DNA of 64,000 nt, from positions 96,049 through 160,048 of the forward strand of contig CAKSIG010000003.1 of assembly GCA_934463035.1 (NCBI GenBank), written 5' to 3'. This DNA is from an uncultured Eubacteriales bacterium. Its GTDB lineage: Bacteria; Bacillota; Clostridia; Oscillospirales; Acutalibacteraceae. The notes under the pieces are model-generated. The model saw only the letters and a program-made list of their open reading frames with translations. It did no database searches and was not told the origin of the DNA. How positions within the stretch are numbered: the first letter of the stretch is position 1; every line of letters begins with the position of its first letter. Made by a program: the position numbers and the translations under genes. Of this stretch, positions 51,849 to 61,164 are shown piece by piece.

Positions 51849-53117
51849 ATGAAAAATTACGATGTTATAGTTGTCGGCGGAGGATTTGCAGGCGTCGGAG
51901 CGGCGGTTGCCTCTGCAAGACTCGGTGCAAAAACTCTCCTGATAGAAAAGGGCGGCTGTCTCGGCGGCGCCGCCTCCAATTCCTTGGTTCTGCCGTTTAT
52001 GCGGCATTTTACCGATGTTAAGGCTGACGACGGCACCAAGAAAAAGCTCTATTTGGTTCAGGGAATATTTAAGGAAATTGTCGAAAGAGCCAAAAGCCGC
52101 GAGGTAGGAGCAGATACATTTTTCAATACCGATTATCTCAAATACATATTAGACAATATGCTGTGTGAAAGCGGTGCAGACGTGCTGTTTCACGCAACGT
52201 TATCGGGCGCCGAGGTTGAAGACGGAAAGATAAAATCAATAGAGGTATCAACTGTAAACGGAAAAAATAAATTCGGGGCGGACTGCTTTGTTGACGCGAC
52301 GGGGGACGCAAATCTTGCTATGCTGTCGAAATGCGGCTTTCGTCTTGGCAGAGAATCGGATAGCCTTTGCCAGCCTATGACGCTGTGCTTCCGTGTAACA
52401 GGTGTTTCGTTCAATGAGTTTTTCGGTCATTATTCGGAAATTCAGGAGCTTTATAAAGAATACCGCCTTGCAGGCAAAATAAAAAATCCGCGTGAGGATA
52501 TTCTGGTATTCAAAACCTGCAACGAAAATATAATTCATTTTAATTCTACGCGAATAGTAAAACTGAATCCCACAGATCCGTTCGACCTAAGCCGAGCCGA
52601 AATAGAGGGCAGAAAGCAAATGATAGAACTCACCGAGTTTTTAAAAAACAATTTTGAGTTTTGCCGAAATATAAGCATTGTATCAAGCGCGGTTTCGGTT
52701 GGTGTTCGCGAAAGCCGTATGATAAACGGTGAGCATATTCTCACAGGCGATGAGCTTGTAAAAACAACAAAATTTGCCGATGCGATAGCCGCAGGCGATT
52801 ATGACATAGATATACATAATCCCGAGGGCACGGGTACATCACACCACTATTTTGAAGCAGGCACGTACTATACAATACCGTACCGCAGCTTGGTTGCCAA
52901 AGATGTAAGCAATTTGCTGGTCGCCGGACGTTGCATTTCCTGTGACCACGAGGCGCAGGCTTCAATCAGAATTATGCCGATATGCTGTGCGACGGGACAC
53001 GCCGCAGGCGTTGCCGCGGCAATAGTTTCAAAGGCAAAGGAACCCGCAAAAAGCGCAGACGTTAAACTCATTCAAAAAGAATTGAAAAATCAGAACGCAT
53101 TTATCGGATTAGATTAA
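51849..53117 (+). CDS. FAD-dependent oxidoreductase (FAD_oxidored/GIDA-like family)
   Basis: ATG 51849 follows AAGGAG. Rossmann motif YDVIVVGGGFAGVGAAVASARLGAKTLLIEK. The family is often linked to glycan utilisation loci. Confidence 0.75.
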   Translation: MKNYDVIVVGGGFAGVGAAVASARLGAKTLLIEKGGCLGGAASNSLVLPFMRHFTDVKADDGTKKKLYLVQGIFKEIVERAKSREVGADTFFNTDYLKYILDNMLCESGADVLFHATLSGAEVEDGKIKSIEVSTVNGKNKFGADCFVDATGDANLAMLSKCGFRLGRESDSLCQPMTLCFRVTGVSFNEFFGHYSEIQELYKEYRLAGKIKNPREDILVFKTCNENIIHFNSTRIVKLNPTDPFDLSRAEIEGRKQMIELTEFLKNNFEFCRNISIVSSAVSVGVRESRMINGEHILTGDELVKTTKFADAIAAGDYDIDIHNPEGTGTSHHYFEAGTYYTIPYRSLVAKDVSNLLVAGRCISCDHEAQASIRIMPICCATGHAAGVAAAIVSKAKEPAKSADVKLIQKELKNQNAFIGLD

Positions 53118-53163
53118 AAAATCAAGTGCATACAGAGTTTATACTCAGTCTGCACTTGATTTT
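53118..53163. terminator. Bidirectional terminator between the FAD oxidoreductase and the convergent recombinase gene
   Basis: AAAATCAAGTGCA / TGCACTTGATTTT 13-bp stem with a 20-nt loop. Confidence 0.65.
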
Positions 53164-53164
53164 G

Positions 53165-54139
53165 TTATTTTACCTTTGAAAGCGGATTGGAGTCCACCGC
53201 TTTTTTAATTTGTGCGTCGGAAACGTGTGTGTATATCTGCGTGGTGCCGAGGTTTGCGTGACCGAGAATATCCTTTAAAACACGAATATCGACATCCCCG
53301 TGCTGATACATAAGCGTGGCGGCGGTGTGGCGCAGCTTGTGGGTCGAAAATCCCATTCCGCCGAGACCCGCCTTTTCAAGTTGGTTCTTAACTATGTATT
53401 GAACGGTTTTCGGACTTATGCGGCGGTGGTTTCGGCTGATGAAAAGCGCGTTTTTGTCAGCAGTCGGGATACCGTTGTTAGGTCTTACGGTAAGATATTT
53501 TTTAAGCGCCGCCTTGCAGGAATCGTTAAGATAAACTATCCGCTCCTTGTTGCCCTTACCGACTACGGTCATAGTACCCTCGTCTGTAATCGAACCGAGA
53601 TTGAGCGAGCAAAGCTCTGATAAACGCAGACCGCAGTTAAGAAACAGGACAAGAATACAGTAATTGCGCTCGGAATACTCACCGTCAACCGAGTCTAATA
53701 GCTCAATCGAATTTTCAAGCGTAAGGTGTTTAGGAAGCGATTGCTTTATTTTCGGTGATTCGAGCAGTTCGGCGGGATTTTCGTCAATCTGGTGGGTGTT
53801 GAGCGACAAATATCTGAAAAACATTCTTAGCGTTGAGGTTTTTCTTGCGCGCGTTGCGGTGTTGTTACCGAGTTCTTCTCTGCAATACACCATAAATGCA
53901 TACAGATCGGTTATCGTGACCGAACGGGTAAGCTCCAAATCAACGCCGCTTATATCAATTTGATTAAATTCGGTGCCTTTTTCAACCTTTCCGCGCACAA
54001 TAAGCAAATACCTGAAAAATGTGCGCAGGTCAATATAATATCCCTCGACCGAACGGGGAGATTTTCCTTTTATAGTTTCGTTGTAGGTTAAAAAGTCGCG
54101 TATGAACGCAGGACAATTTTGCAGTATTTCAAGTTTCAT
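53165..54139 (-). CDS. Tyrosine site-specific recombinase, XerC/XerD family
   Basis: 324 aa. N-terminal SAM-like core-binding domain. Catalytic residues are R (GLRLSEL), K (GKGNKER), HxxR (HKLRHTAAT), H (LGHANL) and Y (TQIYTHV). No phage or transposon genes flank it. Confidence 0.85.
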   Translation of the reverse strand: MKLEILQNCPAFIRDFLTYNETIKGKSPRSVEGYYIDLRTFFRYLLIVRGKVEKGTEFNQIDISGVDLELTRSVTITDLYAFMVYCREELGNNTATRARKTSTLRMFFRYLSLNTHQIDENPAELLESPKIKQSLPKHLTLENSIELLDSVDGEYSERNYCILVLFLNCGLRLSELCSLNLGSITDEGTMTVVGKGNKERIVYLNDSCKAALKKYLTVRPNNGIPTADKNALFISRNHRRISPKTVQYIVKNQLEKAGLGGMGFSTHKLRHTAATLMYQHGDVDIRVLKDILGHANLGTTQIYTHVSDAQIKKAVDSNPLSKVK

Positions 54140-54231
54140 AGTTGCAACTCCGATAAAGATATATTATCATAGGGCTAATGAGAGTCGAATTTGTTACACC
54201 AAATATTATATCACCGTGTCGCAGGTTTTTC

Positions 54232-54250
54232 AATCTTAAAGAAATCTTAA
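54232..54250 (+). repeat. Direct repeat AATCTTAA-n3-AATCTTAA upstream of the OmpR-type regulator operon (candidate response-regulator box)
   Basis: Copies lie at 54232-54239 and 54243-54250 (11-bp phasing). They sit 13 bp upstream of a weak -35 TTTAAA (54263-54268) paired with an extended -10 TGgTAGAAT (hexamer 54286-54291). Confidence 0.35.
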
Positions 54251-54310
54251 TATTTTGAACGGTTTAAACTTAATAATTTTTATGGTAGAATAATGTCGGG
54301 AGTTGAGAGA

Positions 54311-55030
54311 ATGTATAATATATTGGTTTGCGACGATGAGCGTGATATTGTTTCCGCTCTGAAAATATATCTTGAAGCTGAGGGGTACAACGTTTTTACC
54401 GCGTATAACGGCAACGAGGCGGTTGATACGGCAATGCGCGAAGATATTCACCTTGTGCTTATGGATATAATGATGCCGATATGCGACGGGATTACCGCTA
54501 TGGTGCGTTTAAGGGAGCAGAGCAATATTCCCGTAATACTCCTTACCGCCAAGGGCGAGGATACCGATAAAGTACTCGGTCTTAACGTCGGCGCAGATGA
54601 TTATGTGACGAAGCCTTTTAATCCCGTTGAGCTGCTTGCGAGGGTACGCTCGCAGTTGCGCAGATATATGCAGCTTGGCGGCGGTGCTGCTGAAAAAAGC
54701 GAATCAGATTACGCAATCGGCAATATACATCTTAACGATAAGTCAAAGCAGGTATTTGTTGACGGCGACGAGGTATCGCTCACTCCTACCGAATTTGAAA
54801 TACTAAAACTTTTAATGAAAAACGCAGGCGACGTTCTTTCTCCGAAAGAAATATATTCAAAGGTCTGGGGCGATACGGCATACGGCTGCGAAAGCACCGT
54901 TGCGGTACATATACGCCACCTGCGTGAAAAAATAGAAATCAATCCTGCGGAGCCGCGTTTTTTAAAGGTGGTCTGGGCGCACGGATACAAAATGGAAAGG
55001 GAACAGCCTTATGAGAAAACTTTTAAGTAA
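54311..55030 (+). CDS. OmpR/PhoB-family response regulator
   Basis: ATG 54311 (MYNILVCDDERDIV). Receiver Asp in LVLMDIMMP, and a C-terminal winged helix (LTPTEFEILKLLMKNAGDVLS...VHIRHLREKIE). Confidence 0.9.
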   Translation: MYNILVCDDERDIVSALKIYLEAEGYNVFTAYNGNEAVDTAMREDIHLVLMDIMMPICDGITAMVRLREQSNIPVILLTAKGEDTDKVLGLNVGADDYVTKPFNPVELLARVRSQLRRYMQLGGGAAEKSESDYAIGNIHLNDKSKQVFVDGDEVSLTPTEFEILKLLMKNAGDVLSPKEIYSKVWGDTAYGCESTVAVHIRHLREKIEINPAEPRFLKVVWAHGYKMEREQPYEKTFK

Positions 55031-56888
55031 TCTTGCGGTAAAGATAACTGCGATAATACTGTCGGTTCTTACCTTTGCCGTAACCATTGTTTCTGTAATG
55101 TCGGTAATTGTAATGGCTGACAGGGGCTTTTATACCGACAATAAGTCGACCCTTGAAGACTCGCTTTTTTCGGGATACGGCAACACCGCCGTTTGTGATA
55201 TTGCCACGCTGTTTTATACGGGCGGCGATTTGGACGATTACAGCAAAAGAAGCGGTATTGATTGCACCGTTACGGATACGATAACGGACGAGGAATACTA
55301 TTCTTCGCGCAGCGGGGACAATTATACCTACACCTATAACGGCACGGGGACCTTTGATAATTACGCCGACTTTTCCGAGGAGACCGAAAGCACTGCAAAA
55401 ATTGAGAGCGTTGATATTACGGTGTTTTTTACCGAGAATTTCGAGAAATCGGCAAAAATTCGTTTTGAAAAAACGCTTATGGACACATTTTATTCAATGC
55501 GGTACAGTATAATTGTTATCGGTGTCATTGCCGCTTTGGTCACATTGGCTCTTATGATTTTCCTTATTTGCGCCGTAGGCCACAGAAGCGACGGCACTTT
55601 GCGCCTTAATCACCTAGATAAAGTTCCGTTCGATATAATTGCGGTGATATATGCAATAGGCACGTTCTTATGTGTGGGTGCGGTTGCGGAAACCTACGGA
55701 TATACCGAAAGTGCAATTATGGCGTGTATAATGGGTGAACTAATATATCTGCTTTCACTCGTGGTTGTTCTTACCCTTGCGGCGCGTATAAAGCTCGGAA
55801 CGCTTATTAAAAACACGGTTATTTACAGGCTCATAAGAGTTCTTTGGAAATGCGCTAAAAAGGTTTACGGCAGTCTGAAATATATATTTAAAAACCTGTC
55901 TCTTGTAAAGAAGACCGTTCTAATATGCCTTGCCGTAATATTGGTCGGATTTATCGGAGTATCCTCGCTTGCCTACTCAATTTACGGTCTGCAATGGTTT
56001 TGGATATTATTCTCGGTTGCAATTTCCGCCTTTGCGGTGTATTCTGTTATAATAATGCAGAAAATCAAGCTCGGCGGAGAAAAAATTGCTTCGGGTGACT
56101 TGGAACATAAGATTGATACACAGTATATGTACGGTGATTTTAAGGATTTCAGCGAGAGCCTTAATAACATAAATCTCGGATTGCAGGCGGCGATAAATGA
56201 AAAAATGCGCAGTGAGCGGTTTAAAACCGAGCTTATCACAAACGTTTCTCACGACATTAAAACGCCGCTTACGTCAATCATCAACTATGTTGACCTTATA
56301 AAAAAGGAATACCCCGACGGCGAAAACATAGGCGAATATATTGAGGTGCTTGACAGGCAGTCGGGCAGGCTCAAAAAGCTGATTGAGGATCTTGTTGAGG
56401 CGTCAAAGGCGTCTACGGGCAATATTGCCGTTAATCTCTCCGAATGTGAGGTAGGGGTTCTGCTTTCGCAGACGGTAGGCGAGTTCGACGATCGGTTAAA
56501 AAAAGCGGGAATACAGCCGATATTAAATTTTCCCGAAACACCCGTTAAAATAATGGCGGACGGACGGCATCTGTGGCGCGTTTTTGATAATCTTATGAGC
56601 AATGTTTGTAAGTATGCCCAGTCGGGAACCCGCGTATACTTAGATGTTGCCAATGTCGGCGGCAAAGCGGTAATTGTATTTAAAAACATATCCAAATTTG
56701 AACTTAACGTATCTGGCGACGAGCTTTTGGAACGCTTTGTCAGAGGTGATTCTTCAAGAAATACCGAGGGCAGCGGTCTCGGACTTTCAATAGCGCAAAG
56801 TCTTGTGGCGTTGCAAAACGGAAGTCTTAATATAGTCACCGACGGCGACCTCTTTAAGGTGATAATGACATTTGATATAAAAAATTAG
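55011..56888 (+). CDS. Sensor histidine kinase (multi-TM N-terminal region, HisKA + HATPase_c)
   Basis: 625 aa. It has an extracytoplasmic loop of about 130 aa after TM1 and about six TMs in total. H-box ELITNVSHDIKTPLTSI, N-box NLMSNVCKYA and G-box GSGLGLSIA. It overlaps the regulator gene by 20 nt. Confidence 0.9.
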   Translation: MRKLLSNLAVKITAIILSVLTFAVTIVSVMSVIVMADRGFYTDNKSTLEDSLFSGYGNTAVCDIATLFYTGGDLDDYSKRSGIDCTVTDTITDEEYYSSRSGDNYTYTYNGTGTFDNYADFSEETESTAKIESVDITVFFTENFEKSAKIRFEKTLMDTFYSMRYSIIVIGVIAALVTLALMIFLICAVGHRSDGTLRLNHLDKVPFDIIAVIYAIGTFLCVGAVAETYGYTESAIMACIMGELIYLLSLVVVLTLAARIKLGTLIKNTVIYRLIRVLWKCAKKVYGSLKYIFKNLSLVKKTVLICLAVILVGFIGVSSLAYSIYGLQWFWILFSVAISAFAVYSVIIMQKIKLGGEKIASGDLEHKIDTQYMYGDFKDFSESLNNINLGLQAAINEKMRSERFKTELITNVSHDIKTPLTSIINYVDLIKKEYPDGENIGEYIEVLDRQSGRLKKLIEDLVEASKASTGNIAVNLSECEVGVLLSQTVGEFDDRLKKAGIQPILNFPETPVKIMADGRHLWRVFDNLMSNVCKYAQSGTRVYLDVANVGGKAVIVFKNISKFELNVSGDELLERFVRGDSSRNTEGSGLGLSIAQSLVALQNGSLNIVTDGDLFKVIMTFDIKN

Positions 56889-56901
56889 GACGGGGATAAA
56901 A

Positions 56902-57633
56902 ATGTCTGAAAAAACAGAAAGAAGTTTATCTTACAGCAAAAGACGCGCCTTGCGCCGAAGAAAACTGTTTATACGCAGGTTTGTGCTGTTCTGCCTGATA
57001 GTAATATCGGCGGTGGCAGGCGTGTTTGCGGGGTCGGAGCTTTACGCCTGTTTTTACAGTACTGCCAAAAGCACAAATACAGATTCCGAAGCGGAATCGG
57101 CGGGAAAGGTTAAAAAAGCGGAAGAGCTTGCAATGCCCGATTGGGTGACGGTGGATCTTATACATAAGCACGGCAATGCAAGGAGCGGGACAAAGCTGTC
57201 GGGTATCAACAATATAGTCATTCATTATGTCGGCAATCCCGGCACTACCGCAAAGAACAACCGTGACTTTTTTGATAAAGAAAACACAGATGTCAGTTCA
57301 AACTTTGTTGTCGGGCTTGACGGTGAAATAATACAGTGCCTGCCCGTTTACGAAAAGTCGGCGGCAAGTAATTGGCGCAACAGCGACACAATTTCAATAG
57401 AGGTCTGCCACGAGGACGAGGACGGCAAATTCAACAGCCAAACCTATGCGTCGGTCGTTAAGCTGACGGCGTGGCTCTGTAAAGAATTTGATTTAAAGTC
57501 AAGCGATGTAATACGCCATTACGACATAACAGGTAAGATGTGTCCCGTTTATTATGTTAATAACAAGGACGCGTGGAAAACTTTTTTAAAGGACGTTGAA
57601 AAGGGAATAAACGATTATGGAACGCAGCAGTGA
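56902..57633 (+). CDS. Membrane-anchored N-acetylmuramoyl-L-alanine amidase (Amidase_2/PGRP fold)
   Basis: 243 aa with an N-terminal TM (FVLFCLIVISAVAGVFAG). NNIVIHYVGNPGTTAKNNRDFF...ISIEVCHED...RHYDITGKMCP. It starts 13 nt after the kinase stop. Confidence 0.8.
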   Translation: MSEKTERSLSYSKRRALRRRKLFIRRFVLFCLIVISAVAGVFAGSELYACFYSTAKSTNTDSEAESAGKVKKAEELAMPDWVTVDLIHKHGNARSGTKLSGINNIVIHYVGNPGTTAKNNRDFFDKENTDVSSNFVVGLDGEIIQCLPVYEKSAASNWRNSDTISIEVCHEDEDGKFNSQTYASVVKLTAWLCKEFDLKSSDVIRHYDITGKMCPVYYVNNKDAWKTFLKDVEKGINDYGTQQ

Positions 57634-58318
57634 TAGGTTCAGCAATTCTCAAAAAAGAATAATAAGCATCTGCATAATCGGCGCACTTGTTTTGTTTTGC
57701 GCGGCGGTTACATATTTTGTCGGCGTTCCTATGGTAAGGTTTGTTTCGGAGCCGCAAAAGTTCAGGGATTGGGTGCAGTCTCACGGTGTTTGGAGCCGCT
57801 TTGCCTTTATAGGAATGATCGTGTTTCAGGTGGTGATTGCCCTTGTGCCGGGTGAACCGTTTGAGATAGGCGCGGGCTATGCCTTCGGCGCGGTTGAGGG
57901 TACGCTGCTTTGCGTTGCGGGTATAACGCTCGGAAGCGCTTTGGTGTTCTTTATTGTCAGAAAATTCGGTCAAAGAGCGGTAGAGGTGTTTTTCAGCTAC
58001 GATAAAATAAAATCGCTGAAATTTCTGCAAAATGAAAAAAAGTTGGACGTTATAATGTTCACCGTGTTTTTCCTGCCCGGAACGCCTAAGGACCTGCTTA
58101 CTTATTTTGCGGGGCTTACCGAAATGAAATTCTTAAAGCTGATAATTATTACAACGGTTGCGCGGCTTCCCTCGGTGATAACGTCAACCGTCGGCGGAAG
58201 TGCGCTCGGTGTGGAAGAATATGAACTTGCGGCTGTTGTTTTTGCCGCAACATTGGTGATAAGCGTAACGGGTTTAATAATCTATAACGCTATCTGCCGT
58301 AAAAGAAACAAAAAATAA
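57617..58318 (+). CDS. TVP38/TMEM64 (DedA-related) family membrane protein
   Basis: 233 aa. LVPGEPFEIGAGYAFG and LPGTPKDLLTYFAGLT motifs. It overlaps the amidase gene by 17 nt. Confidence 0.8.
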   Translation: MERSSDRFSNSQKRIISICIIGALVLFCAAVTYFVGVPMVRFVSEPQKFRDWVQSHGVWSRFAFIGMIVFQVVIALVPGEPFEIGAGYAFGAVEGTLLCVAGITLGSALVFFIVRKFGQRAVEVFFSYDKIKSLKFLQNEKKLDVIMFTVFFLPGTPKDLLTYFAGLTEMKFLKLIIITTVARLPSVITSTVGGSALGVEEYELAAVVFAATLVISVTGLIIYNAICRKRNKK

Positions 58319-58328
58319 ATAACGGGTG

Positions 58329-58357
58329 TTGACAACAGCCGGCGCGTGTGGTATAGT
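58329..58357 (+). promoter_or_regulatory. Near-consensus sigma-A promoter of the ABC-DltA-carrier-MBOAT operon
   Basis: TTGACA (58329-58334), a 17-nt spacer, then TATAGT (58352-58357). The leader is about 50 nt, with a GGAGG RBS at 58400-58404. Confidence 0.65.
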
Positions 58358-58410
58358 ATGAGTGTATTATTTGAAATAGTACAGTTAGTACGTAAATTTG
58401 GAGGTTCTTT

Positions 58411-61146
58411 ATGTTAGAAACAAAAGACTTAGTAAAAATCTATAAACCTAAAAAGGGCGTGCCCGTAACGGCGCTTGACCATATTTCTCTGAAATTTCCG
58501 GAAAAGGGAATGGTCTTTCTGCTTGGAAAATCGGGAAGCGGAAAATCAACCTTGCTGAATGTTTTAGGCGGACTTGACAGATATGACGGCGGCGAAATAA
58601 CCATTATGGGCGTTTCGTCAAAGAACTTTAAGCAACGGCATTTTGATTCATACCGAAATACCTATGTCGGTTTTATTTTTCAGGAATATAACATTCTTGA
58701 CGAGTTTTCCGTGGGCGCAAATATCGCTCTTTCAATAGAACTTCAAGACAGAAAAGCCGAAGATGAAGAAATCAACAAAATACTTAAAGAGGTTGATTTG
58801 GAAGGCTTCGGAAACAGGAAACCGAATGAACTTTCCGGCGGTCAGAAACAGCGTGTCGCAATAGCCCGCGCTCTTGTTAAGAATCCTAAAATAATAATGG
58901 CGGACGAACCTACGGGCGCGCTTGATTCAAATACGGGAAGACAGGTTTTTGACACGCTTAAAAAGCTGTCGGAAAGCAAACTTGTAATAGTTGTCTCGCA
59001 CGACCGCGAATTTGCCGAACAGTATGCCGACCGTATAATTGAATTGTCGGACGGCAGGGTAATAAGCGACGTTGAGCTTGATAATGAGTATAACGAAGCT
59101 GTAACAGATACGTTGAATTTCCACGGAAACACGGTTGACGTACCCTCAGGTTACCATTTGACCGAGGAAGACAGGGAACAGATAAATAAGTATATAGACG
59201 AATTGAACGGCAAGGAAATGAGTATATCCGTTGTCGGCAAAAGCAACGCGGCAAAACGGTTCGTTAATACCGATACATCAAAAATAGCCGCTCTCGATTC
59301 AGCTAAGTTTAAGCTGATAAAATCAAAATTACCGTTAAAAAGCGCTTTTAAAATAGGTGCGAGCGGACTTAAATATAAGAAGTTCCGTCTTGTAATGACA
59401 ATTATACTTTCCTGTATTTCATTCGGACTTTTCGGTCTTGCGGACACATTCGGTTCATATAATCACGCAAAGACCTGCGCAAATTCTCTTATTGATACGG
59501 GCGTTGAATATACCTCGGTGGCAAAATCAAAGAATATTAAGTCAAAGACTTCAAGCTATTGGCATTCGGGCAATTATAAAATTTCAGAAGACGATATAAA
59601 ACAGATCTCGGACGGAATGGGCGTTAAAATGCACGGGGTCTATATGCCGACGGAGGCAGGACTTGATTTCTCCGAGCAGACCGATCCCGATGTTAAACTC
59701 ACCGAAACCGAATACGGCATTTATGCTCCCTGTTTTTCGGGCGGTTTTTCCGATATAACAAACGACATTATTAAAGAGATGAATTTCAAAATTCTTTGCG
59801 GAGAATTGCCGAACGGTGAAAAGGACGAAATCGCAATAAGCGAGTATATTTACGAGGTTTTCAAAAAGGCAGGATATTTTGACGGAGTTACGCTCACTAC
59901 CGACGCGAAGGGCGCCAAAGTACCGCTCTATCAGAAGATTGAAAAGCCTGATGATATGATAGGTAAAACAATTACTCTTGACAAAACAAAGTTTACCGTA
60001 ACTGCGGTAGTGGATACGGGCTTTGATGTAAGCAGATATGAGGATCTGACCAAGAAAAAGGATCACCGGTCAAGTGCCGAAAAAATGGTTGATTACGTCC
60101 TTTATAACGAGTACTGCGCCGCTTCCGCTTACAGCTATGCAGGCGTGGCTATGACGGGTGACGGATACGTTGAGCGTATGATAGAAAACAGCCCGAATAT
60201 GTCGGCTATTACCGAGGGATTTCTGAGTTTTTACGGCAATGAGGCAAACGTTGACCCAAACAACCTTGCGCGCTTGTCAGACGTTTCAAACGAAAAAATA
60301 ATTTGGGCAGACGGTGAAAAAAATCAACTCGGCGAAAAAGAAATAATCATAACGTCGGATCTTATTAATTACGACGGCGAAGAAGCAATTTCCGATTATA
60401 ATGAATTTTTAAAGAAAAAGCCCGAGCTTTCGGCTTGGCAGTATGATTATGTCGATGACGAACAGGTTGAAGGGTACAAAATAGTCGGCATAATAGATAC
60501 TTCTTCTCAGGACAGCAAATCAAAACTCTCGTCCTGCGTTGTCGCGGCAGACAGCCTGTATAACGAATTTTGCGAGGGCAGGGACTATGTATATTCGTAC
60601 GCAATAGGCAAAATGCCGTCGGAACGCTCGCAGATATACGATATGGTTGATTATTGCTATAACAATAGCCCAAATGTCCGTTTCGGAATACAAAATTCCG
60701 TAACATTTGAGCTGGACGCAATAAACGATGTTCTTAAAACCGTATCAAAGTATTTCCTGTATATCGGTATAGGCTTTGCGGTATTTGCGGCGCTTATGCT
60801 TGCAAACTTTATAGCTACAAGTATATCCCATAAAAAGCAGGAGATAGGTATTCTCCGCGCTATCGGCTCACGCAGTAACGATGTTTTCAGGATATTCTTC
60901 TCCGAGAGCTTTATAATAGCCGCAATTAATTTTGTGCTGTCATCAATAGGAGTATTCGCGGCGACTGTAATAATAAACAGCCTGCTGAGAGAAAAGCTGG
61001 GCATACTTGTTACGGTTCTTAACTTCGGTTTAAGACAGATATTGCTTGTTTTTGCTGTAAGTATAATAGTAGCCTTTATTGCAAGCTATTTGCCTGTAAA
61101 ACGAATTGCGTCTAAGAGACCTATCGACGCAATACGCGACAGATAA
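58411..61146 (+). CDS. Fused ABC transporter, MacB-type (N-terminal ATPase + FtsX-type permease with very large extracytoplasmic domain)
   Basis: 911 aa. Walker A GKSGSGKST, signature LSGGQKQRVAIARAL and Walker B IIMADEPTGALD. TM1 is at about aa 335-355, followed by a soluble domain of about 400 aa. The C-terminal FtsX 3-TM module carries EIGILRAIGSRSNDV. Confidence 0.85.
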   Translation: MLETKDLVKIYKPKKGVPVTALDHISLKFPEKGMVFLLGKSGSGKSTLLNVLGGLDRYDGGEITIMGVSSKNFKQRHFDSYRNTYVGFIFQEYNILDEFSVGANIALSIELQDRKAEDEEINKILKEVDLEGFGNRKPNELSGGQKQRVAIARALVKNPKIIMADEPTGALDSNTGRQVFDTLKKLSESKLVIVVSHDREFAEQYADRIIELSDGRVISDVELDNEYNEAVTDTLNFHGNTVDVPSGYHLTEEDREQINKYIDELNGKEMSISVVGKSNAAKRFVNTDTSKIAALDSAKFKLIKSKLPLKSAFKIGASGLKYKKFRLVMTIILSCISFGLFGLADTFGSYNHAKTCANSLIDTGVEYTSVAKSKNIKSKTSSYWHSGNYKISEDDIKQISDGMGVKMHGVYMPTEAGLDFSEQTDPDVKLTETEYGIYAPCFSGGFSDITNDIIKEMNFKILCGELPNGEKDEIAISEYIYEVFKKAGYFDGVTLTTDAKGAKVPLYQKIEKPDDMIGKTITLDKTKFTVTAVVDTGFDVSRYEDLTKKKDHRSSAEKMVDYVLYNEYCAASAYSYAGVAMTGDGYVERMIENSPNMSAITEGFLSFYGNEANVDPNNLARLSDVSNEKIIWADGEKNQLGEKEIIITSDLINYDGEEAISDYNEFLKKKPELSAWQYDYVDDEQVEGYKIVGIIDTSSQDSKSKLSSCVVAADSLYNEFCEGRDYVYSYAIGKMPSERSQIYDMVDYCYNNSPNVRFGIQNSVTFELDAINDVLKTVSKYFLYIGIGFAVFAALMLANFIATSISHKKQEIGILRAIGSRSNDVFRIFFSESFIIAAINFVLSSIGVFAATVIINSLLREKLGILVTVLNFGLRQILLVFAVSIIVAFIASYLPVKRIASKRPIDAIRDR

Positions 61147-61164
61147 ACTACACGGGGTGTTATA

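Noticed and set aside
53165-54139. Tyrosine recombinase considered as the marker of an integrated mobile element or genomic island
   Set aside because: There are no phage, conjugation or transposase genes on either side. I could find no flanking direct repeats or tRNA target. The catalytic set is complete and the architecture is Xer-like, so a chromosomal Xer-type recombinase is the simpler reading. Island status of 54-64 kb cannot be judged without comparative genomes.
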